From the NCBI GenBank assembly GCA_003151625.1, contig PLYC01000010.1, positions 133,515 to 197,514 on the forward strand: a stretch of 64,000 nt of DNA. The letters are read 5' to 3'. Of the stretch, positions 50,426 to 59,623 are shown one piece after another. Origin of the DNA: Candidatus Doudnabacteria bacterium. GTDB lineage: Bacteria > Patescibacteriota > Doudnabacteria > UBA920. The position numbers and the translations under genes are program-made. Each line of letters starts with the position of its first letter. The stretch's first letter is position 1. Below the pieces are notes generated by a model. That model was given only the letters and a program-made list of their open reading frames with translations, did no database searches and had not been told where the DNA came from.

Positions 50426-50734
50426 ATGCTCACTGATAAACAAATAACAAACATCCGCGAAGCGTTTAACGGTACCGACCAAAGAGTAATTCTTAAGGCT
50501 CTCGGCGACACCAACCGTTATCGCATTTTTGAAATGCTGGGCAAGCTGCCAAGATTGGCCGTCAGCGATATTGCCAAAGTCCTAAAAATCTCCGTACTTT
50601 TGGCATCGCAGCATCTTAAAATTTTAGAGCAAGGCAAAATGCTAGAAAAAGAAGAACAAGGCCAAAAAATTTATTATAAACTCAAGGCCGATAGGATTGT
50701 CCAATCTTTTATTCCAGTACTCAAAATTAAATAA
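50426..50734 (+). CDS. ArsR/SmtB family regulator
   Basis: KALGDTNRYRIF, SQHLKIL, G..IYY.L. Confidence 0.9.
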   Translation: MLTDKQITNIREAFNGTDQRVILKALGDTNRYRIFEMLGKLPRLAVSDIAKVLKISVLLASQHLKILEQGKMLEKEEQGQKIYYKLKADRIVQSFIPVLKIK

Positions 50735-50742
50735 TTCTTTTT

Positions 50743-51060
50743 ATGCTTTCAAGCCAAGAAATAAAAAAAGTGCAGAGCTATCTCGAAGATGGGGATGTGG
50801 ATACGGCATTGACCAAGATTTTTAAAAGCCTGAGCGACATAAATCGCTGCAAAATTTTTAGAATGCTCGCGGTCCAGCCCCAGCTCTCTGTTAGCAGTGT
50901 GGCCAAGGTACTTAATATTTCCACGCCTTTGGCATCGCAGCATCTTAAAATTCTTATGCAAAACGGACTATTGACCAAAGAAAAGGTGGGGATAAGGGTC
51001 TACTATAAATTAAAAGACAAAAATCCAATTATAGCCACCATTCTTAAAGTAATTAAATAA
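50743..51060 (+). CDS. ArsR/SmtB family regulator (tandem paralog)
   Basis: FKSLSDINRCKIF, SQHLKIL, G.RVYY.L. Confidence 0.9.
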   Translation: MLSSQEIKKVQSYLEDGDVDTALTKIFKSLSDINRCKIFRMLAVQPQLSVSSVAKVLNISTPLASQHLKILMQNGLLTKEKVGIRVYYKLKDKNPIIATILKVIK

Positions 51061-51087
51061 TTTTTTTATAACTGAAACTCCACCGGT

Positions 51088-51483
51088 ATGAAAACACAAA
51101 AAATAATATTGGTGGTTGAAGATGAAAAAAGTCTGCGTGAAGCCATTGTGGATATTCTTCGCCGCAAAAACTACAACCCTCTTGAAGCAAAAAACGGCAG
51201 AGAAGGCGTAGAGATAGCGCTCTCTAAACATCCCGACCTTATTTTGCTTGACCTTATTATGCCGGAGATGGACGGCATGACTGCTCTTAAAAAGATTCGG
51301 CAAGACGTTTGGGGGGCAAAAGTTCCCATTATTATTCTGACGAATTTAAGCATGAACAACAAACAGCTGGCGGACGATATGGCAAAGCATAAGCCAATAT
51401 TTTATTTAATAAAATCAGACTGGAAGATCCATGATGTCGTAGATAAGGTTGCAAAGATATTAGAAGAAACAAATTCTTTATGA
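51088..51483 (+). CDS. Single-domain response regulator
   Basis: VVEDE, LLDLIMPEMDG, ILTN, IKSD. Confidence 0.92.
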   Translation: MKTQKIILVVEDEKSLREAIVDILRRKNYNPLEAKNGREGVEIALSKHPDLILLDLIMPEMDGMTALKKIRQDVWGAKVPIIILTNLSMNNKQLADDMAKHKPIFYLIKSDWKIHDVVDKVAKILEETNSL

Positions 51484-53118
51484 ATAAAAAAAATGTTAAA
51501 TCTTCATCCTATAACATAACCTTTAAGCTAAAAGCTTTGGCTAAGGAAAAGGAAGAAGTCAGACACAGGCTGGTAATAACCGCAAAAAACCTCAGCCTCA
51601 AAGCTAAACAACTGGTTAAGATAGCCAAGGAAAAAGAAGACGTTAGGCTCAGGCTGGCGGTAACGGCCAAAAACCTTAGCCTTAAAGCCAAACAACTCGT
51701 GGTAACGGCCAAGGAAAAGGAAGAAGTCAGACGCAGGTTGGTAGTAACGGCAAAGAACCTCAGCCTTTAAAGCTAAGCAGCTACTTGTGATAGCCAAGGA
51801 AAAAGAAGACGTTAGGCTCAAGCTGGCGGTAACGGCAAATGAATTGAAAAAGTCGCGCGAAACGCTCGAGAAAAAAGTTCTTGAACGGACCAAAAACCTT
51901 GAGCGGATTACAGCCAGAAACGAAGCCATGCTTGCGAGTGTTGGCGATGGTTTGGTGGTGGTGGATAAAGAAGGTAAAATAACTTATATTAACAAATCTT
52001 TTGAGGAGACGCTTGGTTTGAAAGTGCAGGAAGTAATCGGCAGGAGCATGGTTAAAGTGGTGCCCAGGGAAGACCAGAGCGGGACAGAGGTGCAATTTAA
52101 AGAAAGAATTTTAACTCAAGTCTTGCTGGGAAAAAAGTTTGTAGCCGATTTAACCAACCCTTTTTATTATATCCGTAAAGATAAAAGCAGATTCCCTGTC
52201 AGTAGTATTATAACGCCTGTCGTTCTGGACGGAAAAATTATTGGGGCGGTAGAAACGTTTAGAGATATTACCAAAGAAAAAGATATTGACAAAGCCAAAT
52301 CGGAATTCGTCTCGCTGGCTTCGCACCAGCTCCGTACCCCGCTTTCTACCATTAATTGGTATACGGAGATGCTTCTGGCGGAAGACGTCGGCAAAATCAT
52401 GCCTGAACAGAAAAAATATCTGGACGAGGTCTACCGCGGTACTCAAAGAATGACTGAGCTGGTCAACGCTCTTTTGAATATTTCCAGCATTGAATTAGGG
52501 ACATTTGTTGTTGACCCGGAACCAACAGACATAATCAAACTCGCGCAAGGCGAAATTGAGGAACAAAAACTGCAAATTGACGCCAAGCGTATAAAATTTT
52601 CTTCCTCATTCAAAAAGGATATTCCCGTGATTCTCGCCGATCCGAAACTCCTGCATATGGTCATGCAAAATCTTTTGACTAACGTCGTGAAATATACTCC
52701 CGAAGGGGGCAAGGTTACGCTTGAGATTGTCTTATCAGATGACCAAGGACGAACGACTCTCCCGAGTAAAATTAAAAGGTCACATGTCCTGATTAAAGTT
52801 TCCGATACGGGTTATGGCATTCCAAAGAACCAACAGGACAAAATTTTTACCAAGCTGTTCCGTGCCGATAACGTGCGGGACAAAGATACCGAAGGAACAG
52901 GCCTCGGGCTTTACATTGTAAAATCAATTATTGAACATTCCGGCGGCAAGATTTGGTTTGAGTCTCCGGGAGATGCACCTGTGGGAGGGAAGGATTTAGC
53001 CTTGGAGGGCAACCCCGGCACCACTTTTTATGCAACGCTTCCTTTGAATTCGGTGAAAAAGTCCGTCGAACGTGGATCTGTCTCTGATAAAAAAGAAGCC
53101 GCCAAGACAAATGATTAA
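51480..53118 (+). pseudogene. PAS sensor histidine kinase with N-terminal 28-aa tandem repeats, split by a +1 frameshift at about 51767
   Basis: 84-nt repeats continue across the stop; PAS domain, SHQLRTPL H-box, N/G1/F/G2 boxes; 51787-53118 may be expressed alone. Confidence 0.75.
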
Positions 53119-53151
53119 TAAACGCTCCAAAGGTGTAGTATACTAAAACAT

Positions 53152-53553
53152 ATGATAAACGAATCTACAAAAGATAAAATGCAAATATTAGTCATTGAAG
53201 ACGAGCTTCCTCTAATGGAAGCAATAAAGGCAAAACTTGAAAAAAATGGCTTTGAGGTTATTACTGCACGTAGTATCACATTCAGCTCTCTTCTGGATTT
53301 GGGGCAGGTTGACGCAATCTGGCTGGATCACTATCTCTTGGGAAAAGAAAATGGCCTTGATTTTGTAAAAAAATTAAAAGCTAAAGGCAGCCGATTGAAT
53401 AAGACTCCTATCTTTGTTGTCTCCAATACGGCATCTCCTGCTGAAATAAAATCATACAAACGGTTGGGAATAACTAAATACTACGTTAAAGCCGAACATC
53501 GAATTGCCGCGATTGTCGACGAAATAAAATTGTTTCTGGATCGTAGTAAATAA
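53152..53553 (+). CDS. Single-domain response regulator
   Basis: VIEDE, WLDHYL, VVSN, VKAE. Confidence 0.88.
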   Translation: MINESTKDKMQILVIEDELPLMEAIKAKLEKNGFEVITARSITFSSLLDLGQVDAIWLDHYLLGKENGLDFVKKLKAKGSRLNKTPIFVVSNTASPAEIKSYKRLGITKYYVKAEHRIAAIVDEIKLFLDRSK

Positions 53554-53831
53554 ATAACCGGACACGACCATTTATTTTAACATCTAGATCATTAACCAAA
53601 AATTATGCAAAAACCTCCACTCAAACTTTATGTAATTGCGGTAATCATCCTTTGGACGCTTAACTAAATCAATAAATAAAAAAACTGCGGACATTTGCTC
53701 ATAGTTTTTTTATTTTTATTTTTGGCTATCATATTTTTGCAGGCTTATCACTTTGTGGGGCTATTTACCCATTTAGGATTAGAACCACAATAAAAGAAGC
53801 CGCTCCGCATAATTAAGATAAAGTTGTGGTG

Positions 53832-53900
53832 GGGTCAAGTCTGAATATTCAACAAATTATTTCAACATAAACCAAAATGTCAAAAATTCAGACTTGACCC
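53832..53900. repeat. Miniature element with 15-bp terminal inverted repeats
   Basis: gggtcaagtctgaat ... attcagacttgaccc. Confidence 0.7.
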
Positions 53901-54001
53901 TCTGTTTTGTTTTTTGTTCGAACATCGTCCCACAAGTCCAGCCAGAAAATACTCAAGCAAAAGCTTGAGTATTTTGTTTTAAAGTATGTTAAAATTTATG
54001 T

Positions 54002-54679
54002 ATGATTGAATTAAACAAAAAAGCCTTTGGGGGATTATTTTTCTTGATTGTTGCCTTGGCGCTGCTCATATTCCTTCCGGCGTGGACGGTTTATTACTGG
54101 CAGGCTTGGATTTTTTTGGCTGTGTTTTCGGTAACGGTGCTGGCAATTACTTTTTATTTAATGAAAAAAGACCCCAAACTGTTGGAGCGCAGGGTAAATG
54201 CGGGGGCGGCGGCAGAGAAGGAAAAGAGCCAAAAAGTAATTCAGTTTGTGGCTCAATTAGCTTTTATAACCGTTATTGTTTTCCCGCCCGTAGATCACCG
54301 CTTTAACTGGTCGCTTGTGTCCCCTTTTGTATCTGTTATTGGAGACGTTATGGTCTTTTTGGGACTCCTGTTTGTATTTTTTGTTTTTAAGGAAAATTCC
54401 TTTACCTCGGCTATTATTGAAGTCGCCAAAGAACAAAAAATTATCACCACCGGCCCATACGCGTTGGTGCGGCACCCCATGTATTTGGGGGCTTTAGTAA
54501 TGCTGTTTGGAGTACCTTTGGCGCTTGGTTCATACTGGGGATTACTGGCTGTCATCCCTATCGATCTAGTGATTGTCTGGAGGCTGCTTGATGAGGAAAA
54601 ATTTTTAGCAAAGAACCTGCCGGGATATTTGGAGTATAAAAATAAAGTGAGATGCCGCTTAATACCTTTCATCTGGTAA
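54002..54679 (+). CDS. Isoprenylcysteine carboxyl methyltransferase/PEMT family membrane protein
   Basis: ENSFTS, TTGPYALVRHPMY, EEKFL..LPGY.EY. Confidence 0.9.
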   Translation: MIELNKKAFGGLFFLIVALALLIFLPAWTVYYWQAWIFLAVFSVTVLAITFYLMKKDPKLLERRVNAGAAAEKEKSQKVIQFVAQLAFITVIVFPPVDHRFNWSLVSPFVSVIGDVMVFLGLLFVFFVFKENSFTSAIIEVAKEQKIITTGPYALVRHPMYLGALVMLFGVPLALGSYWGLLAVIPIDLVIVWRLLDEEKFLAKNLPGYLEYKNKVRCRLIPFIW

Positions 54680-54682
54680 CTT

Positions 54683-54922
54683 TTACTCTACGCCGGTATT
54701 AGCATCTTTCTCGGTGGCGCTGTATATTTCTTCCGCCAGTTGTATGGGATCTGTGGTCCGGTCGTAAGGAAGGTTATTGTCATCGGCTAATCCGCGCAAG
54801 CGCTCCAAGGATTCTGAAGTACCGGCCTGCGCAAGCTCTTGTAACTCTTTGTAATTTATCTGCCCATGGTCACTAAGCCAGTCATTAGCATTACTAATTT
54901 GTTTTTGGTCTGAATTGGGCAT
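54683..54922 (-). CDS. Small acidic hypothetical protein
   Basis: ORF co-oriented with the cupin cluster. Confidence 0.55.
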   Translation of the reverse strand: MPNSDQKQISNANDWLSDHGQINYKELQELAQAGTSESLERLRGLADDNNLPYDRTTDPIQLAEEIYSATEKDANTGVE

Positions 54923-54944
54923 AATATTTTTTTAAATAAACTAC

Positions 54945-55157
54945 CTAATCCACCTTTGGCTTACGCATTCTTTGGGTGGCTTTTGTCCTGTATTTTCCTT
55001 GTTTCAAATTTTTCAACTGGAGCTGGGCGACATTAATAATATCTTCAAGCCGGTTGCGGTTATCTTCCGGATTTTCTATTATTGTCCTGGCGCTTCTGAC
55101 AATATTTTCCAGCCCCTTAGCCAAATCATTTACCGCTTTGTCGTCCATTGTATACAT
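54945..55157 (-). CDS. Small hypothetical protein
   Basis: ORF co-oriented with the cupin cluster. Confidence 0.55.
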   Translation of the reverse strand: MYTMDDKAVNDLAKGLENIVRSARTIIENPEDNRNRLEDIINVAQLQLKNLKQGKYRTKATQRMRKPKVD

Positions 55158-55172
55158 AAAATTTTTTATTAT

Positions 55173-55577
55173 TTATTCAGTTGTAACACCGTCAAACTCT
55201 TCGTCATTTTCCTTTGCTTCAGCTTGTTGTTTGGTCGTACGTACAATGCTGTCTTTATGATGGGGCGGAGAATAAAGGGTGTACATTTTAAGATCTTCTT
55301 TTTTTGAAGTGTTAATAATATTGTGTTGCGATCCAGCAGGCACAATAACAGCTGACCCGTCAGCAATCGGGTATTCGTTGCCGTCAATAACGCATTTGCC
55401 CTGACCCTGTTCAAAACGGAAAAACTGGTCGTTGTCTTCATGGACCTCCATGCCGATTTCCTCTTGCGGCTTCAAACACATCAATACCAGCTGGCTGCGT
55501 TTAGCTGTATAAAGCACTTTGCGGAAATTATTGTTTCCCAAAGTATTTTTTTCAATGTCCGTTTTAAATCCCTTCAT
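55173..55577 (-). CDS. Cupin domain protein (copy 2)
   Basis: Close paralog of 47086-47490 including the EEFDGVTTE end. Confidence 0.9.
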   Translation of the reverse strand: MKGFKTDIEKNTLGNNNFRKVLYTAKRSQLVLMCLKPQEEIGMEVHEDNDQFFRFEQGQGKCVIDGNEYPIADGSAVIVPAGSQHNIINTSKKEDLKMYTLYSPPHHKDSIVRTTKQQAEAKENDEEFDGVTTE

Positions 55578-56037
55578 AAAAAATTTAATTTATTATACTT
55601 CCACGCAATAAGTTTGTTCACAAAATTATTATTTTATATTAATATAGTTTTAGTTTTCGGCCTTTGCTTTTACCGGTATAAGTTTTCTGTAGCCGCTCCA
55701 TCGTGTTGGAAATGATTTTAAATCCAATAGCCATTTTTTAATTTTCGTAAAGTTTTTTTCCTTGGCTCCTTAAGCATAGAATTTATTATAACTTCTGTAT
55801 ACGGCAAAAATCTGTATTACAACATTAAAGCCTCAGCTAAGCCTTAAGAAATATTTAATAGCCTAGTTAAATAACTTATTAATTGTTTAACTGAAGATAT
55901 TACCCATAAAATAGGTAGAAGGTTCACAACAAGTGGATAATTAACCTTGTAGCTATATCTATCCTCCATAATAGAGAGTACGCTTAAGGCTCTGGATATA
56001 AAGCAACAAAGGTCGAAAATAATAAGGAGAAAAATAT

Positions 56038-56244
56038 ATGGATTCCAAAAAATCAATACTACCCGCCAAAAAAAGGCAACACAAAATATCTTTTCATGAA
56101 GGCGGATTGCACGCCTCTACCGGTACTCCTTTGTCAAAAAAGATTTCACCCGCAAAGCACGCCTCGGCAAAATCCGGAAAACTAGGTTCAAAGGCCCAAA
56201 AACAGGAAATGTTTTATGAAAATGTTTTAAAACGCCGAAAATAA
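56038..56244 (+). CDS. Small Lys-rich basic protein
   Basis: AAGGAG RBS; GGLHASTGTP..KKI..K..AKSGKLG. Confidence 0.65.
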   Translation: MDSKKSILPAKKRQHKISFHEGGLHASTGTPLSKKISPAKHASAKSGKLGSKAQKQEMFYENVLKRRK

Positions 56245-56250
56245 AGGTTT

Positions 56251-56320
56251 CCCCGCCGCAAGCAGCGGAGTATTACCGCAAGGACATTTCTGTAAATTCG
56301 CGGCAAGCCGCGGGGTATTA
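56251..56320. repeat. IS200/IS605-like end hairpin pair without transposase; another such hairpin at about 45019-45047
   Basis: ccccgccgcaagcagcggagtatt and gcggcaagccgcggggtatt. Confidence 0.5.
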
Positions 56321-56681
56321 AACCTTTCTTAGCTCCTCGGCTCGCAAAGTAATGCCTTAAGGCATTACTTTGTCTCGCCTACGTCGCGAATAACAAAGAA
56401 TTAAAGCACACACAATCGGCATAAAACTATGGGCATTTGAGCAATCCGACGGCTTTATAAAAGCTTTTGCCTTAGGTTTTACGCTAGTTAAACTTTTCTG
56501 CCGATATCTCCGTACCAGATTTAACCACCGGTTGCTGGAATTACAATAAATTTTGGGTACGCACATTCCAATTTTATCAAATAGAGCCAGCCAAACAAAA
56601 ATCGCAAGTGGCGGTTTTTTTAGTTTTACAAAACTATGCCCGCTCTATTTATGATATAATGTAGTAAATTAATCCAACAAA

Positions 56682-57230
56682 ATGAAACAAAATAATATTG
56701 AATTTTTAGAGCCTCCGTTTTCACGGTTTTTGTTTGCTAATACAAAAATGGCTTGGTTATGGCTAATTATTCGTCTTTATGTGGGATGGCAATGGGTGGA
56801 AGCCGGCTGGGGCAAGGTGCATAGCAATTTATGGGTGGGTAGCCAGGCCGGCGTAGCTTTACGGGGGTTTTTACAAAGCTCACTGGTTAAGGCCGCGGGC
56901 GCGCATCCGGACGTACAGGGGTGGTACGCAGGATACATCCAAAACTTTGTAATGCCCCATGCCGCGGGTTTTGGCTATTTGGTGGCCTATGGCGAGCTTT
57001 TGGTGGGTATTGCCCTAATTTTGGGCATTTTTACGGGTATTGCGGCATTTTTTGGCACCTTTATGAACCTTAATTATCTGTTAGCCGGAGCTGTGAGCAT
57101 AAACCCCATTTTACTGTTATTACAATTATTTTTAATACTGGCCTGGCGGGTGGCCGGCTGGTATGGATTTGACCGTTGGGCACTCCCCGCTCTCGGGACG
57201 CCCTGGCAAAAAGGAAGTGTGTTTAAATAA
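56682..57230 (+). CDS. DoxX/TQO small subunit family membrane protein
   Basis: RLYVGWQWVEAGWGK, GELLVGIALILG, MNLNYLLAG, AGWYGFD. Confidence 0.9.
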   Translation: MKQNNIEFLEPPFSRFLFANTKMAWLWLIIRLYVGWQWVEAGWGKVHSNLWVGSQAGVALRGFLQSSLVKAAGAHPDVQGWYAGYIQNFVMPHAAGFGYLVAYGELLVGIALILGIFTGIAAFFGTFMNLNYLLAGAVSINPILLLLQLFLILAWRVAGWYGFDRWALPALGTPWQKGSVFK

Positions 57231-57256
57231 AGAGATTAGAGATTAAAGATTAAAGT

Positions 57257-57634
57257 ATGGATCAGGACAAAGATTTAGAAAAAAAAATAAATTTATATCA
57301 AGATGTGGCAAAAGACAACCCCAATGTGGATGTAGGGATGTTAATGTTAAATGCTCTGCAGAATGAAGATAAAAACAAAGTTTCGTCTAAAATGAAACGC
57401 TGGTCGTATTTAATTTCCCTGAGCGCGCCGCCTTTTGGTCTGCTGTTTGCTTTAAAACTTTATTTTAGCGACGAGGACGATGCCAAAGATGTGGCCTGGA
57501 TGTGCGTAACTTTAACAGCGGTATCTATATTGCTGTTTGCCATTGGCGCCAAAATGTTGTTTTCCAGTTCCGGTGCCAGCGTCAGCCAAATTGAAAAAAT
57601 TACTCCCCAGCAAATTCAGGAGCTGGGACAATAA
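57257..57634 (+). CDS. Hypothetical membrane protein
   Basis: Two hydrophobic segments. Confidence 0.65.
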   Translation: MDQDKDLEKKINLYQDVAKDNPNVDVGMLMLNALQNEDKNKVSSKMKRWSYLISLSAPPFGLLFALKLYFSDEDDAKDVAWMCVTLTAVSILLFAIGAKMLFSSSGASVSQIEKITPQQIQELGQ

Positions 57635-57741
57635 AAAGTATTAAGTAAAATTGACCATAATTAAGTAAAATTAAATAAAATTTACTTCAGCCCAATTTTA
57701 CTTAATTTTATTTATTTTTATTTATTTTTAATTAATACTCT

Positions 57742-59475
57742 TTATTTTCCCGCCGTTCGTGTGGGAGCTACCTGCATATAATTTAAAATAAATTGCGCCA
57801 ATTGGCCCCAGGGCGGCACAGCCGTGCTTTCGGCAAAGTTGGCGTCACGCGGATGGTCCACCCGAATAAGCATGACAAACTGGGGATTTTCCACCGGCGC
57901 GAAACCAATAAAAGATCCGATGTTGTCGTTGACAATATATTTACCGTTTTGAACAACTTGAGCGGTGCCGGTTTTCCCCGCCACATAATAACCCGGCACT
58001 GCGGCTTTTTTTCCAAAACCGTTTTCCACTACATCCACCAGCATCGCGTCTATTGTGGCGGCAGTTTGAGGCGAAATTACCTGGCTAACAACCTGGGCTT
58101 GGGTGTTTTTGATAGTTCCATCGGGATAAATTTTAGACTGAACAATATACGGCTTCATCATTTTCCCGCCGTTGGCCAGGGCTCCGTAAGCCTGAAGCAT
58201 TTGGATTGGCGTAGCGGAAATCCCCTGCCCAAAACTCGCCGTGTCATAATTTACCGCAACATTGCCGTTAAGCCCGCTTAAGTCGCCTCTGGTCTCCGGC
58301 AGTTCAATGCCGGTGGGTTTGCCAAACCCGAACTTTTGTACATATTTTAAAAAGTCCGGGTTGCCCAATTGATTTTCCGTGTAAATCGCGCCAGTGTTAA
58401 GCGACCAATCCAAAACCTGGGTCATAGTTTGTACGCCACGCGCGCCGGGTTCCGCATTTTTAATTACATAATTATCCACCGCGACCTTCCCGGTATCGGT
58501 GTAAGTGGTGTCCGGGGTAATTTTCCCCTCGTCCAAAGCCGCGGCCATAGTAATGGCTTTAAAAGTTGAGCCCGGCTCGTAAGCCCCGGTTACAGCCTGG
58601 TTGTTGAACACCGAGGGGTCAGTAACTTTTCCGTAATTATTAGGGTCAAAATCGGGATAACTGGCAATGGCTAAAATCGCTCCGGTTTTGGGATTCATAA
58701 CAATAACATCACCGCTGTCCGCGCCGTTTTTGGTTACCATATCTTTAAGCACGCTCTCGGCCTGAAACTGGATGGTCTTGTCCACGGTCAAAATTAAATT
58801 CACACCGTCTTCGGCCGGTTTTTCGTTATTCGTCGCTCCAAAAATTTGCGCTCCGGATGGATCTTGCTCCGCTACCAGTTCACCGGGCGTGCCGGCTAGC
58901 TCTTTATCAAAATATCTTTCCAGCCCGTACAAACCCGATTTTTGCCCCGCGGCGTTAAAGCCCACAAAACCCAAAGTCTGGCTTAGCAACGTGTTTTGCG
59001 GGTATATTCTGGTGTCCTCGGAATCAAAATAAATTCCCGGGAGAGCCAAATCTTTTATTTTTTGCTGTTCGCTGTCCGTGAGCTGTTTTTTTAACGGGAC
59101 ATATTTTTTGTCCGTTTGAATAATTTTTGCCAGAACATCTTTTGAATTTAAATTTAAAACCGATGCCAAACTGCTGGCGGCTAAATTGGGATTTAAAATG
59201 TCGTTTGGCACAGCGTAAACTAAATAGCTTTTGGTATTGGTGGCCACCGGAACGGTTTGCTCGGAAAATTTGTCCGCCAATTTAATTTCGCCGCGGCTGG
59301 GAAATAATTTTAAATATATGCTGTGTTGTTGGTTGGCTTCCAGCCTGGCCTGGGCGCCGCGAATCACCTGCAAATAAAATAATCTATAAACTATAACGGC
59401 AAAAAACAGCAATAAAAAAGCAGTCAAAAGGCTGCTTCTGTGGTTAAAGGAACTTTGAACTATTTTACGAGCCAT
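57742..59475 (-). CDS. ftsI: Class B penicillin-binding protein (FtsI/PBP3-like)
   Basis: EPGSTFK (SxxK), SLN (SxN), KTGTAQ; position after mraZ-rsmH-ftsL. Confidence 0.9.
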   Translation of the reverse strand: MARKIVQSSFNHRSSLLTAFLLLFFAVIVYRLFYLQVIRGAQARLEANQQHSIYLKLFPSRGEIKLADKFSEQTVPVATNTKSYLVYAVPNDILNPNLAASSLASVLNLNSKDVLAKIIQTDKKYVPLKKQLTDSEQQKIKDLALPGIYFDSEDTRIYPQNTLLSQTLGFVGFNAAGQKSGLYGLERYFDKELAGTPGELVAEQDPSGAQIFGATNNEKPAEDGVNLILTVDKTIQFQAESVLKDMVTKNGADSGDVIVMNPKTGAILAIASYPDFDPNNYGKVTDPSVFNNQAVTGAYEPGSTFKAITMAAALDEGKITPDTTYTDTGKVAVDNYVIKNAEPGARGVQTMTQVLDWSLNTGAIYTENQLGNPDFLKYVQKFGFGKPTGIELPETRGDLSGLNGNVAVNYDTASFGQGISATPIQMLQAYGALANGGKMMKPYIVQSKIYPDGTIKNTQAQVVSQVISPQTAATIDAMLVDVVENGFGKKAAVPGYYVAGKTGTAQVVQNGKYIVNDNIGSFIGFAPVENPQFVMLIRVDHPRDANFAESTAVPPWGQLAQFILNYMQVAPTRTAGK

Positions 59476-59623
59476 GGTGTTACATAGTTAAGACTTCCGG
59501 GCGATCGGGTTGTAGCGGAGGGCATTGCCCTCCATTATGTGACGGCCAGCGGTGGCCGCCGCTACATCGCCAATAAATCCACCTCGGCTTCGCGAGAGCG
59601 AGACGGGTCGGCATGCTACATGC

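Noticed and set aside
19200-56600. Prophage
   Set aside because: No structural, terminase, replication or integrase genes seen
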